Positions 21,271 to 33,751 of a stretch of DNA of 64,000 nt are shown here, one piece after another. Made by a program: the position numbers and the translations under genes. Source of the DNA: Anaeromyxobacteraceae bacterium (GTDB taxonomy: Bacteria; Myxococcota; Myxococcia; Myxococcales; Anaeromyxobacteraceae); contig JAULAX010000007.1 in the NCBI GenBank assembly GCA_032654565.1, forward strand, positions 32,001-96,000, written 5' to 3'. The number at the start of each line of letters is the position of its first letter. Positions within the stretch are counted from its first letter, which is position 1. The notes under the pieces were generated by a model, which ran no database searches, was not told the DNA's origin, and saw only the letters and a list, made by a program, of their open reading frames with translations.

Positions 21271-22128
21271 TCAGGCTCGTTGGGCAGCGGCCATCTCGGC
21301 GGCGCGGCGGCGCTCGTTGCGGGCGATGAACAGGCTGCCGGCCACCACGCCCACCGACACGATGCCGATGATGATGGCGGCCGCAGCATTGACGTCGGGT
21401 CGCATGCCCAGGCGGGCGCGCGAGAAGATGACGAGGGGCATGGTGGTGGCCCCGGGCCCGGAGAGGAAGGCCGAGAGCACCACGTCGTCGAGCGACAGGG
21501 TGAAGGTGAGCAGGAAGGCGGAGACCAGCGACTGGAAGATGAGCGGCAGCGTCACCAGGAAGAAGACCTGGATGGGCCGGGCCCCGAGGTCGGTGGCCGC
21601 CTCCTCCAGCTCCGGGTTGAGGTCCTGCAGGCGGGCCTGGATCACCACCGTGGCGTAGGCCAGCCCCAGCAGCAGGTGGCCCATCCAGATGGTGAGCAGG
21701 CCGCGCTCGGGGAAGCCGATCCAGCGCTGCATGGTGACCAGCATCAGCAGCAGCGACAGGCCGATGATCACCTCGGGCATCACCAGCGGCGCGTTGACCA
21801 TGCCGGAGAAGATGGTCCGGCCCATGAAGCGCCGGTACTTCACCAGGGTGAAGGCGGCCAGGATCCCCAGCACCACCGAGGCCAGGCCGGTGTAGGTGGC
21901 GATGCGCAGCGACAGCCAGAGCCCCTCGAGCAGCTCCCGGTCGTGGGCCAGGGCACGGTACCAGCGCAGCGAGACCCCGCCCCAGACCACCGGCAGCGGC
22001 GACTCGTTGAAGGAGTAGATGATGAGCGCCAGGATGGGCAGGTAGAGGAAGGCGAAGCCGGCCGCCAGCCAGCCCCGGGCCACCAGCCGGTTGAAGCTCC
22101 CGCCGTGGAGGAAGTGCCGGAAGGTCAC
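21271..22128 (-). CDS. potI: Putrescine ABC transporter permease PotI/PotC
   Basis: FLYLPI..YSFN, PEVIIG, LEEAATDLGA (EAA motif); GTG overlaps the potH stop. Confidence 0.88.
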   Translation of the reverse strand: MTFRHFLHGGSFNRLVARGWLAAGFAFLYLPILALIIYSFNESPLPVVWGGVSLRWYRALAHDRELLEGLWLSLRIATYTGLASVVLGILAAFTLVKYRRFMGRTIFSGMVNAPLVMPEVIIGLSLLLMLVTMQRWIGFPERGLLTIWMGHLLLGLAYATVVIQARLQDLNPELEEAATDLGARPIQVFFLVTLPLIFQSLVSAFLLTFTLSLDDVVLSAFLSGPGATTMPLVIFSRARLGMRPDVNAAAAIIIGIVSVGVVAGSLFIARNERRRAAEMAAAQRA

Positions 22129-23084
22129 GCCCGCACCTCGGTGGCCTCGGCCTGGTACTTGTTGAAGAGGGCCAGGGGCACGATGATCAGCAGGATCACC
22201 ACCACCGCCACGCTCGAGGCCATGGGCCAGTCGTTGTTGGAGAAGAACTCGTCCCAGAGGACGCGGCCGATCATCAGGGTGCGCGGCCCGCCCAGCAGCT
22301 CGGGGATGACGTACTCGCCGATGCAGGGGATGAAGACCAGCATCGAGCCGGCGATGATCCCGGCCTTGGAGAGCGGCACGGTGATCTTCCAGAAGCCCAC
22401 CCAGGGGGTGGCGCCCAGGTCGGCGGCCGCCTCGAGCAGCCGCAGGTCCATCTTGGAGAGGGTGGCGTAGAGCGGCAGGATCATGAACGGCAGGTAGGTG
22501 TAGACCATGCCCACCGTCAGCGAGAACGGCGAGTTCATGAACTTGCCGGCCGCCGGGATGAGGTCGAAGGCGAGCAGCAGGTCGTCGACGTGGAGGGCGA
22601 CCAGCAGGTTGGCGACCCAGCCCCCGTCCATCAGCAGCCCCTTCCAGGCGTAGACCCGCAGCAGGAAGGAGGTCCAGAACGGCAGCATCACCATCATCAT
22701 CAGCGCCGGCTGCACCGAGGCCTTGGCGCGGGCCATGAAGTAGGCGAACGGGTAGCCGATGAAGAGGCACCAGAAGGTGGTCACCGCCGCGAACTTCAGG
22801 CTCGACCAGTAGGTCTGGACGTAGAGCCGGTCCTGCAGGAGGAAGAGGTAGTGGTTGAAGTTGATGACCAGCGAGGCGACCCCGTCCTGGAGCTTGGCCA
22901 CAGGCTGGAAGACCACCCCCTCCATGTCCTGCACGCTGATCTTCAGGATGATGAAGAACGGCAGGGCGAAGAAGATCAGCAGCCAGAGGTAGGGGACGAC
23001 GATGACCGCCTTCCGCCCGTGCTTGCGGAAGAAGGGATGCGCGTGCATCCGGTCGAAGAAGGAGGTGGCGAGCGGGCGGCTCAT
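22125..23084 (-). CDS. potH: Putrescine ABC transporter permease PotH/PotB
   Basis: PFWTSFLLRVYAW, YLPFMILPLY, EAAADLGA. Confidence 0.9.
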   Translation of the reverse strand: MSRPLATSFFDRMHAHPFFRKHGRKAVIVVPYLWLLIFFALPFFIILKISVQDMEGVVFQPVAKLQDGVASLVINFNHYLFLLQDRLYVQTYWSSLKFAAVTTFWCLFIGYPFAYFMARAKASVQPALMMMVMLPFWTSFLLRVYAWKGLLMDGGWVANLLVALHVDDLLLAFDLIPAAGKFMNSPFSLTVGMVYTYLPFMILPLYATLSKMDLRLLEAAADLGATPWVGFWKITVPLSKAGIIAGSMLVFIPCIGEYVIPELLGGPRTLMIGRVLWDEFFSNNDWPMASSVAVVVILLIIVPLALFNKYQAEATEVRA

Positions 23085-23103
23085 GGGGTGGTCGGGCCTG
23101 GCC

Positions 23104-24207
23104 TCACTGGGTGAGGACGACCTGGGCGGTGTCGGGCCAGGTGGCCCAGGCCACCTCGCCCTCCTCGGGTGCGTCGGCGCGGTGGCGCTCGACGTTGCTC
23201 TCGCTCACCTTGAGCCGCCGCCCGCCCTCCAGCTCCAGGTTGTAGACGGTGAAGCTGCCGAAGTAGGAGCGGTCGCGGACCGTGGCCTTGACCTGGTTGA
23301 CCTCGCCCTCCGGCTTCTCCCGGCTCAGCCGGATCTTCTCGGGGCGGACCGCCACGCTCACCGCCATGCCGACGTTGCCGGTGATGCCGTGGCCGACCCG
23401 GTGGCGGCAGTAGCCGCAGTCGATCTCCACCAGGTCCGGCTCGTCCACCACCACGGTGCCGTCCATCAGGTTGACGTTGCCGATGAAGTCGGCGACGAAC
23501 CGGGTGGCCGGGGTCTCGTAGATGTCGGCCGGCGGCCCCACCTGGAGGATCTCCCCCTCGCTCATGACGGCGATGCGGGTGGCCATGGTCATGGCCTCCT
23601 CCTGGTCATGCGTGACCATGACGCAGGTGACGCCCACCTCGTGGATGATGTTGACCAGCTCGACCTGGGTCTCCTCCCGCAGCTTCTTGTCGAGGGCGCC
23701 GAGCGGCTCGTCGAGCAGCATCAGCTGCGGCCGCTTGGCCAGGCTCCGGGCCAGGGCCACCCGCTGCTGCTGGCCGCCGGAGAGCTGGTGCGGCTTGCGC
23801 TTGGCGTACTTCTGCAGCTGCACCAGCTTGAGCATGGCCTCGACCCGCTGGGCCGTGGCGTCCTTGGCCATCCCCTCCCGCCGCAGCCCGAAGGCCACGT
23901 TGTCCCAGACCGTCAGGTGGGGGAAGAGCGCGTAGGACTGGAACATCATGTTGATGGGGCGCAGGTAGGGCGGCAGCCCGGCCAGGTCGAGGCCGTCGAG
24001 GAGGATCTGCCCCGAGGTCGGGGTCTCGAAGCCGGCCAGCATCCGCAGCAGCGTGGTCTTGCCGCAGCCGGAGGAGCCCAGCAGGGCGAAGATCTCGCCC
24101 TGCTGGATGCCGAGGCTGACGTGGTTGACGGCGACGGACCCGTTGCCGAAGTCCTTCACCACGTCGCGGATCTGCAGGTAGGCCTGTCCGGCCACGGCTG
24201 GGCTCAT
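23104..24207 (-). CDS. potG: Putrescine ABC transporter ATPase PotG/PotA
   Basis: [38 protein letters not shown]. Confidence 0.92.
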   Translation of the reverse strand: MSPAVAGQAYLQIRDVVKDFGNGSVAVNHVSLGIQQGEIFALLGSSGCGKTTLLRMLAGFETPTSGQILLDGLDLAGLPPYLRPINMMFQSYALFPHLTVWDNVAFGLRREGMAKDATAQRVEAMLKLVQLQKYAKRKPHQLSGGQQQRVALARSLAKRPQLMLLDEPLGALDKKLREETQVELVNIIHEVGVTCVMVTHDQEEAMTMATRIAVMSEGEILQVGPPADIYETPATRFVADFIGNVNLMDGTVVVDEPDLVEIDCGYCRHRVGHGITGNVGMAVSVAVRPEKIRLSREKPEGEVNQVKATVRDRSYFGSFTVYNLELEGGRRLKVSESNVERHRADAPEEGEVAWATWPDTAQVVLTQ

Positions 24208-24243
24208 CGGGCTTCCGGTCGCTGGGGGAACGGTGGACGCGGC

Positions 24244-25368
24244 CTAGAGGCCGGTCTTGAAGGTGGTGTAGATGCGGGTCATGGCGCGGCGCGAGTCGTT
24301 GCTGAGCGCGCCGGGCAGCCCCATCTTCTTCATGTCCGCGTCGCCCGGGAAGACGGTGGGGTTGCTGGCCACCTCGGGCTTCACGAACTTCATCCCCGCC
24401 TTGTTGGGGTTGGCGTAGAAGACCTTGTTGGTGAGCGAGGCGCCGACCTCGGGGCGCATGATGTAGTTGATGAACTTGTGCGCGTTGCCCGGGTGCGGGG
24501 CGTCGACCGGGATGGCCATGGTGTCCATGAAGATGACGCCGCCGGTCTTGGGCATGAGGCACTCGATGTTCTGGCCGGTCTTGCCCTCGGCGGCGCGCTT
24601 CTTGGCGATGTTGATGTCGCCCGACCAGCCCAGGGCCACGCAGATGGAGCCGTTGGCCATGTCGTTGATGTAGCCGGAGGAGCTGAAGAGGGTGACGTAG
24701 GGGCGGACCTTGGCGAGCAGGTCGGCGGTGCCGGCGTAGTTGGCCACGTCCTTGGAGTAGGCCTTCTTGCCGAGGTAGTGGGCCGCGGCCGGGACGATCT
24801 CGGTGGAGGAGTCGAGGAAGCTGACGCCGCAGGACTTGAGCTTCGCCATGTACTCCGGCTTGAAGACCAGGTCCCAGGCGTTCTCCGGCATGGGCATGCC
24901 GCCCAGCGCCTTCTTCACCTTGTCGACGTTGATGCCCACCGTGGTGTAGCCCCACAGCCAGTCGACCAGGTACTGGTTGCCCGGGTCCATCTCCTCGAGC
25001 GCCTTCAAGATGACCGGGTCGAGGTTCTTCCAGTTGGAGAGCTGCGCCTTGTCGAGCTTCTTGAGCAGGCCGCCCTCGAGCTGCATCTTCCCGAAGTAGG
25101 AGGAGGGCACCACGATGTCGTAGCCGGTGCGGCCGGCCACCAGCTTGGCGTGGAGGACCTCGTTGGAGTCGAAGTTGTCGTACCGGACCTTGATGCCGGT
25201 CTCCTTCTCGAAGTTCTCGATGGTGTCGTCGGCGATGTAGTCGGACCAGTTGTAGATGTTGAGGACCTTCTCCTCCTCGGCGCGGGCCGAGGCGACGGAG
25301 AGCAGGGTGCAGGCCAGGGCGAGACGGGCGAGGATGGCGAGACGGCGGGGCGATGACATCGGGTTCAT
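24244..25368 (-). CDS. potF: Putrescine-binding periplasmic protein PotF
   Basis: Signal peptide, YNWSDYI, TGYDIVVPS, GWSGD; start approximate. Confidence 0.9.
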   Translation of the reverse strand: MNPMSSPRRLAILARLALACTLLSVASARAEEEKVLNIYNWSDYIADDTIENFEKETGIKVRYDNFDSNEVLHAKLVAGRTGYDIVVPSSYFGKMQLEGGLLKKLDKAQLSNWKNLDPVILKALEEMDPGNQYLVDWLWGYTTVGINVDKVKKALGGMPMPENAWDLVFKPEYMAKLKSCGVSFLDSSTEIVPAAAHYLGKKAYSKDVANYAGTADLLAKVRPYVTLFSSSGYINDMANGSICVALGWSGDINIAKKRAAEGKTGQNIECLMPKTGGVIFMDTMAIPVDAPHPGNAHKFINYIMRPEVGASLTNKVFYANPNKAGMKFVKPEVASNPTVFPGDADMKKMGLPGALSNDSRRAMTRIYTTFKTGL

Positions 25369-25568
25369 GCTCAAGCCTCCAGGTTCACGGTTGGTTTCCA
25401 GGCAGGTCACGGTCAAGGCGTGCGATCAGGGGGTGCCGGTGGTCGGGCCGTGGGCGGTACTCTGCCACGGGGCCGCGCAGGGCGATGCGCGCAGTTTGGG
25501 CTCCGGGTGGGCTGTGCCACCGAATCCCCGCTCTTCCGGACGGCGTCCTGGTCACACGCCAAACGGGT

Positions 25569-25584
25569 AGCACGCGTTGTGCCA
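25569..25584 (-). promoter_or_regulatory. Sigma-54 promoter motif upstream of potF
   Basis: Minus strand TGGCACAACGCGTGCT. Confidence 0.65.
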
Positions 25585-25729
25585 TGACCGGGGGAATCGG
25601 GGCGGGGCCTCTTCAGCCACAAGTGGTCCTGATGACGGGCGGTTGTATTTCCCAAAGGCATGGATCGGCCCGCCGAGCCTATGCCAGAACGCCCTGCGTC
25701 ATGCGGCCGCGCATGGTCGGCGGACCGGT

Positions 25730-26998
25730 TCACGCGGTGAGGGCCCGCTCCAGGATGGCCAGCCCCTCTTCGAAGACCGCCTCCTGGATGGTGAGCGGGA
25801 AGAGGAAGCGGATGACGTTGGCGTGGACGCCGCAGGTGAGGAGGACCAGCCCCTGCTCCAGGGCCCGGGCCTGCACCTGCTTGGCGAGGTCGGCGTCCGG
25901 CCCGCCGCCCCCCGGCTTCATGAACTCCACCGCCAGCATCGCGCCCGGGCCGCGGATCTCGGCGATGGCCGGCACCCGCGGCCGGAGCGCCTCGAGCCGC
26001 GCGGTCAGCCGCCCCCCCAGCAGGTTGGCCCGCGCCACCAGCTGCTCCTCCTCGATGACGTCGAGCACGGCATGGGCCGCGGCGATGGCCAGCGGGTTGC
26101 CGGCGTAGGTGCCGCCCAGGCCGCCCGGGGCCGGCGCGTCCATCAGCGCGGTGCGCCCCACCACGCCGGAGATGGGGAGCCCGGCCCCCAGCGACTTGGC
26201 CACCGTCATCAGGTCGGGGAGCACCTGGTGGTGGTCCATGGCGAACCAGCGGCCGGTGCGAGCGAAGCCGGTCTGGATCTCGTCGGCGATGAGCAGGATG
26301 CCGTGCTCGTCGCACTCGGCCCGCAGCGCCTGCATCAGCGCCGGCGGCGCCGGGTAGAAGCCCCCCTCGCCCTGCACCGGCTCGATGATGATGGCCGCCA
26401 CCCGCTTCGGGTCGACGTCGGCCTTGAAGAGCCGGTGGAGCGCCTCGATCGACTCGGCCACGGTGACGCCGTGGAGCGCCATGGGGAAGGGGATGTGCCA
26501 GACGTCGCCGGGGAAGGGGCCGAACCCGACCTTGTAGGGCACCACCTTGCCGGTCAGCGCCATGGTCATCATGGTCCGGCCGTGGAAGGAGCCGGAGAAG
26601 GCGATGACGCCGGGGCGGCCGGTGGCGGCCCGGGCGATCTTGACGGCGTTCTCCACCGCCTCGGCCCCGGTGGAGAAGAAGGTGGCCTTCTTGGCGTGGG
26701 TGCCGGGGGTGAGCTTGATGAGCCGCTCGGCCAGCGCCACGTAGGACTCGTAGGCCGCCACCTGGTAGGCGGTGTGGGTGAAGGCGTCGAGCTGGGCCCG
26801 CAGCGCCGCCACCACCCGGGGGTGGCGGTGGCCGGTGTTGAGCACGGCGATGCCGCCGGCGAAGTCGATGTAGCGCCGCCCCTCGACATCCCAGAGCTCG
26901 CTGTTCTCGGCCCGCTGCACGAAGAAGGGGGTGGTGATGCCCACGCCGCGCGGCGTGGCCGCCTCCCGGCGCGCCTTGAGGCTGGCGTTGTCGCTCAT
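25730..26998 (-). CDS. gabT: 4-aminobutyrate--2-oxoglutarate transaminase
   Basis: DFAGGIAVLNTGH, EPVQGEGG, DEIQTGFART, GGTYAGNP; ATG overlaps the GDH stop. Confidence 0.92.
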   Translation of the reverse strand: MSDNASLKARREAATPRGVGITTPFFVQRAENSELWDVEGRRYIDFAGGIAVLNTGHRHPRVVAALRAQLDAFTHTAYQVAAYESYVALAERLIKLTPGTHAKKATFFSTGAEAVENAVKIARAATGRPGVIAFSGSFHGRTMMTMALTGKVVPYKVGFGPFPGDVWHIPFPMALHGVTVAESIEALHRLFKADVDPKRVAAIIIEPVQGEGGFYPAPPALMQALRAECDEHGILLIADEIQTGFARTGRWFAMDHHQVLPDLMTVAKSLGAGLPISGVVGRTALMDAPAPGGLGGTYAGNPLAIAAAHAVLDVIEEEQLVARANLLGGRLTARLEALRPRVPAIAEIRGPGAMLAVEFMKPGGGGPDADLAKQVQARALEQGLVLLTCGVHANVIRFLFPLTIQEAVFEEGLAILERALTA

Positions 26999-29900
26999 GC
27001 TTCGACTCCCTTTCCTGCGGGGGTGGGGAACATCTGCTCGACGTAGTCGTGGAGCGCCGCCCCGAAGTCGGGCTCGAGGGCGCGGCGGTAGACCAGGGTG
27101 GTGGCGATCTCGGCGGCCAGGATGGCCGAGCGGTACTTGGAGGGGAGCCGCTCGACCCGGGCGGCCAGCGCCGGGGTCTCGCGGACGAGGCGCGGCAGGT
27201 GGGCCAGCAGCGCCGCCAGGTAGGGCGGCTGCAGCTGGACCTCGGGGTGGGCCTGGAAGAAGCGGAAGAGGCGGGCCTTGTGGTCGTTGATCTCCACCGA
27301 GAGCGCCGCCGAGATCTCGGTGTAGCTGCGGGCCCCGCCGGCCTCGCGGTGGCGCTTGAAGATCAGCCGGGCCTCGTCGGTGGCGCGCCGCTCCAGGATC
27401 TCCAGCACGTCGCGGACGTAGGCCGCCTTGGTGGCCAGGAACTCGGCCTCGTCGAGCAGCAGGTTGCCGATGATCTCGTAGGACGAGGAGATGACCCCGC
27501 ACTTGTTGGCCGAGGCGTCGCGCAGCAGCACCACGCCGGCCTCCTGCAGCTTGAGGCGGGCCTCCGGGGTGATGAAGGAGTTGGCCCCCTCGACGATGAC
27601 CCCGGCGCTGGGCTTCCCGTCGGCGCCGAGGAACTGGCTCCAGTTGCGGCCGTCGATGGTCTCGGGGCGCCCGCCGGCGGGGATGAAGAGGTCGGCCGGG
27701 ACGCTGAAGAGCAGGGTGTTGAACTCCTGGTGGAACTCGTCGAGGGTGACCCAGTCCTCCTTCAGGCCGGCCCCGGTCATCTCCACCCGGCGGTGGAGCT
27801 GCCGCAGGCCGTCGGCCCGCCGCTGGTTGCGGTAGAGGATGAAGCCGCCGGGGTGGAGGCGGGCGGGATCGAAGGCGGCGGCGTCGGCCTTGAGCACGAT
27901 GCGGGAGAGCGCCTCGCGATCCAGGCCGGCCGGGTCGACCAGCGCGCCGGTGCCGTCGACGATGAGCCGGATGGCGGCGCCGGGCCAGCGCTCCAGCAGC
28001 AGGCGCATGGCGTTGCCGGCCACGTCGCCGTTGGGACCGCCGGTGAACTTGACCGAGAAGGGGGCGGTGCGCAGGTCGACGCCGCGCTCGCGCATGGCGA
28101 TCTCGGCGAAGGCCACCACCCCGGTCGAGGTGACGCCGAACTCCTTGTGGTTGATCCCGACCCGCTTCGAGGACATCACCCCGGCGCCGAGCAGGTAGCC
28201 GCGCTTGACCGAGATCCGGGCGATCTCCTCGATCATCCCGTCGTGCATGTTCTCGTCGGGGCCCAGCTCGATGGGCTCGTCCTCGCGGTAGTAGTCGACC
28301 ACCCGGGGGTCGCGGGCCACGCCGCCGCTGGTGACGAAGACGTCGAGGAAGGCGTTGATGAAGGCCCGCTGCACCTTGTGGAGGAGCGGCTCCTGCTGGG
28401 CCGGCAGGCGCCGCCCGGGGACGTGCACCACCACCACCATCTTCGAGCCGCCCTCGTAGATGTCCTTGTTCTTGAGGTGCTGGGTGTGGGCCAGCACGTA
28501 GTTCTCGCGGAAGAGGCTGTTGGCGACGGTGACGTAGTCGTCGCGGGTGTCGGCGAAGATGGTGCGCCAGCCGCCGCGGGCGATGTCGGCGAAGCCGACG
28601 TGGTAGCCGAGCCCGTAGCGGGCCGAGAAGAAGGTGACGCGGAAGGGGCGCTCCGGCGGCAGGTCGCCGGTGAAGAGCGGCCCCAGGTCGTCGAGGTAGG
28701 CCGGGTCGAGCCGGAAGGCCAGGGCGTGCTTCTCGTCGACGAAGAAGTTGGTCTTGAGGGTGCGCTTGATGAAGGTGAGCGCGGTCTGGAACAGCGAGCG
28801 GCGGAAGTCGTCGAGCCGGCGGTGGCCGGTGTTGTAGGCCGCCAGCTCGTGCTCCACCTCGGCCAGCTCGCGGGGCCAGGCGGCCTGGCGGTCGCGGCGG
28901 TCGGGGTCGAAGCGGACCTTGAAGAGCCGCACCAGCCGCAGCGACATGTCGGGGTGGAAGTGGAAGGCCCGGACCACGTCCTCGTAGGTGTAGTTGTCGG
29001 TCTGGTTGTGGGCGCACTGGGTGTGGCAGAAGCCGATGAAGGCGTTGACCAGCCCGGCCTCCTCGGCGGTCATCAGCCGGGGGAGCACGAAGTCGCGCCA
29101 GGTGGGCGACTCGACCGAGAGGATCTGGGTGGCGAAGAGCTGGCGCCGCAGGCTGCGGAAGAGCTCGCCCTCGCGGGTCAGCGGCAGCCCCTCGCGGTGG
29201 GCGACGCGGAAGCTGGCCAGGAAGTAGCGCTGGCCGTCGGCGGTGGCGGAGAGCGCCAGCGAGCGGCGCAGCCCGAGGTTGAGGGCGTTGAACACCTCGG
29301 TGACCTGCATGAGGAAGCCGCGCGGCGGCGGGCTGGCCATGGCGAAGAGCACGGTCGACTCGACCCGCTCGCCGGCGCCCTCGCTCTCGACCAGGTCGAG
29401 GGAGAAGCCGCCCCGGGCCCGGCACTCGTGGAGCAGCCAGGCCAGCCGGGCCACGTCGCCGGGGGGGGCCAGCCGCACCCAGCGCTGGTTGTCGGCCCAG
29501 AGCAGCCGCAGCGCCTCGTCGAGCGCGGCGGCGCCGAGGCCGGGGTGGCGCGCGGCGGCGGCGGCGCGGATGGCGTCCAGCACCGGGGCCGGGGGGGCGC
29601 CGGCGGGGGCGGCCCCGGGGGCGTCGGCCGGCGCCGCGAACTCGTAGCGGTGCACCTCCAGCCCGGCGTCGCTGCCGGGGAGCGCGGCGTCGGAGTGGAA
29701 GATCTCGGAGGAGGCGATCTCGCGGTCCTCGATCTGCCGCAGGGTCTCGAAGACCGAGCCGGGCCGATCGAGGCGGGCCAGGGTCAGCTCGCGGTCGCGG
29801 TCGACCAGCACCAGCTCGCGGTCGGTGGTGAGGCGCGGCAGGCCGGCCGCCAGGCTGGCGAGGATCCCGGCGTCCTCGCGCAGCGTGCTGGAGAAGGCGT

Positions 29901-30027
29901 TGGGGGCGAAGTTGCGGAGCCAGCGGTAGCCGCGCCGCGAGGCCTCGGCCGCCTCGTCGATGGAGGCCTGCACCCCCGTGTCGAGCGGGGCCTGCGGCGC
30001 GGTGGGCTTGGTCGGTGCAGGCTTCAC
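26995..30027 (-). CDS. Large NAD-specific glutamate dehydrogenase (about 1010 aa)
   Basis: IARGGWR, KNKDIYEGGSK, GPDEN, GINHKEFGVTS, GGPNGDVAGN, EGAN, NKCGVISSSYE. Confidence 0.88.
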   Translation of the reverse strand: MKPAPTKPTAPQAPLDTGVQASIDEAAEASRRGYRWLRNFAPNAFSSTLREDAGILASLAAGLPRLTTDRELVLVDRDRELTLARLDRPGSVFETLRQIEDREIASSEIFHSDAALPGSDAGLEVHRYEFAAPADAPGAAPAGAPPAPVLDAIRAAAAARHPGLGAAALDEALRLLWADNQRWVRLAPPGDVARLAWLLHECRARGGFSLDLVESEGAGERVESTVLFAMASPPPRGFLMQVTEVFNALNLGLRRSLALSATADGQRYFLASFRVAHREGLPLTREGELFRSLRRQLFATQILSVESPTWRDFVLPRLMTAEEAGLVNAFIGFCHTQCAHNQTDNYTYEDVVRAFHFHPDMSLRLVRLFKVRFDPDRRDRQAAWPRELAEVEHELAAYNTGHRRLDDFRRSLFQTALTFIKRTLKTNFFVDEKHALAFRLDPAYLDDLGPLFTGDLPPERPFRVTFFSARYGLGYHVGFADIARGGWRTIFADTRDDYVTVANSLFRENYVLAHTQHLKNKDIYEGGSKMVVVVHVPGRRLPAQQEPLLHKVQRAFINAFLDVFVTSGGVARDPRVVDYYREDEPIELGPDENMHDGMIEEIARISVKRGYLLGAGVMSSKRVGINHKEFGVTSTGVVAFAEIAMRERGVDLRTAPFSVKFTGGPNGDVAGNAMRLLLERWPGAAIRLIVDGTGALVDPAGLDREALSRIVLKADAAAFDPARLHPGGFILYRNQRRADGLRQLHRRVEMTGAGLKEDWVTLDEFHQEFNTLLFSVPADLFIPAGGRPETIDGRNWSQFLGADGKPSAGVIVEGANSFITPEARLKLQEAGVVLLRDASANKCGVISSSYEIIGNLLLDEAEFLATKAAYVRDVLEILERRATDEARLIFKRHREAGGARSYTEISAALSVEINDHKARLFRFFQAHPEVQLQPPYLAALLAHLPRLVRETPALAARVERLPSKYRSAILAAEIATTLVYRRALEPDFGAALHDYVEQMFPTPAGKGVEA

Positions 30028-31490
30028 GTGAGGCCTCCGATGCAGAGGTACTTGAGCTCGAGGTACTCGTCGAGACCATACCGGGACCCCTCGCGGCCGG
30101 TGCCCGACTGCTTGACCCCGCCGAACGGGGCCACCTCGGTGGAGATGAGTCCGGTGTTGAGCCCCACCATCCCGCACTCGAGCCGCTCGGCGACCCGCCA
30201 GGCCCGGGCCAGGTCGCGGGTGTAGACGTAGGAGGCCAGGCCGACCTCGGTGTCGTTGGCCAGGCGGATGGCCTCGTCCTCGGTCGTGAAGCGGGAGAGC
30301 GGCGCCAGCGGCCCCAGGGTCTCCTCCCGGGTGACCTTCATGGCCGGGGTCACGTTGGTGAGGACGGTGGGCTGGAAGAAGGTGCCGCCGAGCGCGTGGC
30401 GGCCGCCGCCGGTGACCACGGTGGCCCCTCGGGCGACGGCGTCGGCGATCTGCTCCTCCACCCTCCGCACCGCCGCTTCGTCGATGAGCGGCCCCTGCTG
30501 CGTCTCGGCCTTGAGCCCGTCGCCCACCTTGAGCCCGGCCACCGCGGTGGCGAGCTTGCGGGCGAAGCGGTCGTGGACCCCGTCCTGCGCCAGCACCCGG
30601 TTGGTGCGGACGCAGGCCTGGCCGCTGTTGCGGTAGGTGGAGACCAGGACCCCCTGCACGGCGGCGTCGAGGTCGGCGTCGTCGAAGACGATGAAGGGGG
30701 CGTTGCCGCCCAGCTCCAGCGAGACCCGCTTCACCGTCGAGGCGCACTGGGCCATCAGCTGCCTCCCGACCTCGGTGGAGCCGGTGAAGGAGAGCTTGCG
30801 GACGGTGGGGTTGGAGGCCAGCTCCTGGCCGATGGCGCCGGCGTCGCCGGTGATGACGTTGAAGGCGCCCGCCGGCAGCCCGGCCTGCTCGCCCAGCTCG
30901 GCGAGCGCCAGCGCCGAGAAGGGGGTGGCGCTGGCCGGCTTGAGCACCACGGTGCAGCCGGCGGCCAGGGCCGGGGCGGCCTTGCGGGTGATGGTCGCCG
31001 CCGGGAGGTTCCACGGGGTGATGGCGGCCACCACGCCGATGGGCCCCTTGAGCACCAGCAGCCGCTTGTCGGCCTGGTGCTGGGGGATGGTGTCGCCGGA
31101 GACGCGCTTGCCCTCCTCGGCGAACCACTCGATGAAGCCGGCAGCGGAGGCGATCTCGCCGCGCGACTCGGCCATGGGCTTGCCCTGCTCGGCGGTCATC
31201 AGCGTGGCCAGGTCCTCCTGGTTGGCGATCACCAGCTCGAACCAGCGGCGCAGCACGGCGGCGCGCTCCCCGGCGGTCCGCGCCCGCCAGGCCGGGAAGG
31301 CCGCCGCGGCCGCCTCGACGGCGCGGCGCGCCTCGCCGCTCCCCATGCGCGGGACGCTGCCGATGACGGCGCCGCTGGCCGGGTTCCTGACGGTGATGGT
31401 GCGGCCGTCGGCGGCCTCGGTCCAGGCCCCGCGGATGAAGCAGCTCTGCCGGAGCAGGAACTCGTTCTTCAGCGGGACGGCGAAGGACAT
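30024..31490 (-). CDS. gabD: Succinate-semialdehyde dehydrogenase
   Basis: ITPWNLP, FTGSTEVG, LELGGNAPF, GQACV, PFGGVKQSG. Confidence 0.92.
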   Translation of the reverse strand: MSFAVPLKNEFLLRQSCFIRGAWTEAADGRTITVRNPASGAVIGSVPRMGSGEARRAVEAAAAAFPAWRARTAGERAAVLRRWFELVIANQEDLATLMTAEQGKPMAESRGEIASAAGFIEWFAEEGKRVSGDTIPQHQADKRLLVLKGPIGVVAAITPWNLPAATITRKAAPALAAGCTVVLKPASATPFSALALAELGEQAGLPAGAFNVITGDAGAIGQELASNPTVRKLSFTGSTEVGRQLMAQCASTVKRVSLELGGNAPFIVFDDADLDAAVQGVLVSTYRNSGQACVRTNRVLAQDGVHDRFARKLATAVAGLKVGDGLKAETQQGPLIDEAAVRRVEEQIADAVARGATVVTGGGRHALGGTFFQPTVLTNVTPAMKVTREETLGPLAPLSRFTTEDEAIRLANDTEVGLASYVYTRDLARAWRVAERLECGMVGLNTGLISTEVAPFGGVKQSGTGREGSRYGLDEYLELKYLCIGGLT

Positions 31491-31504
31491 CGCGCAGGGG
31501 GGAG

Positions 31505-31520
31505 AGCCAGAAGCGTGCCA
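31505..31520 (-). promoter_or_regulatory. Sigma-54 promoter motif immediately upstream of gabD
   Basis: Minus strand TGGCACGCTTCTGGCT. Confidence 0.55.
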
Positions 31521-31752
31521 CCCGGGGCACCGCCGGCCCGGTCCCGGTCCCCCGGGCCGCCCGGGTCCTGGGCCCGGGCGCGCCAGTCCGCCGCGAGGTG
31601 GCCGAGCTCATTGGCCTTTCGGCGCGGGCCGTTCACCGCCCGACCTCGCCCGGTCTCCGCCGCCGGCGCCGCGCCGCGGCGGGCCTGCCGGAGACCGCCA
31701 GCCGGGCCGGCCGCCCCCCCGATGCAGCGCTGCATGGACCGGGGGCGCCCGC

Positions 31753-33531
<1,779 letters not shown>

Positions 33532-33668
33532 GGATCTATGCCACCGCGCATGAAAATGGCAACCCGGCATAGTGACGGCGACCGACGGCTCTCCGCACCA
33601 TCCTTGAAAAGGGACGACATCACCTGACCTTGAGCCCCAGCTGGCCGCAGGCGGCGGGAGCTGCCAGG

Positions 33669-33684
33669 TGGCACACTCGGTGCT
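33669..33684 (+). promoter_or_regulatory. Sigma-54 promoter motif upstream of the aminotransferase and patA genes
   Basis: TGGCACACTCGGTGCT, divergent from the sigma-54 activator gene. Confidence 0.7.
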
Positions 33685-33751
33685 TTGCGGGAGGGGTCGC
33701 CGCGGGCAGCCGCAGGGACGAGGTCCCGCCCGAACTCCGCGAGGGAGCACC

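Noticed and set aside
25730..30079. Apparent long fusion ORFs (1449 aa ending in GabT; also 4604-6928, 14235-16790, 26995-31611, 41399-43816, 43890-46385, 43914-46592)
   Set aside because: The N-terminal parts are Arg/Pro/Gly-rich alternate-frame or antisense read-through over neighbouring genes; real starts lie at internal codons next to upstream stops or promoter-like motifs
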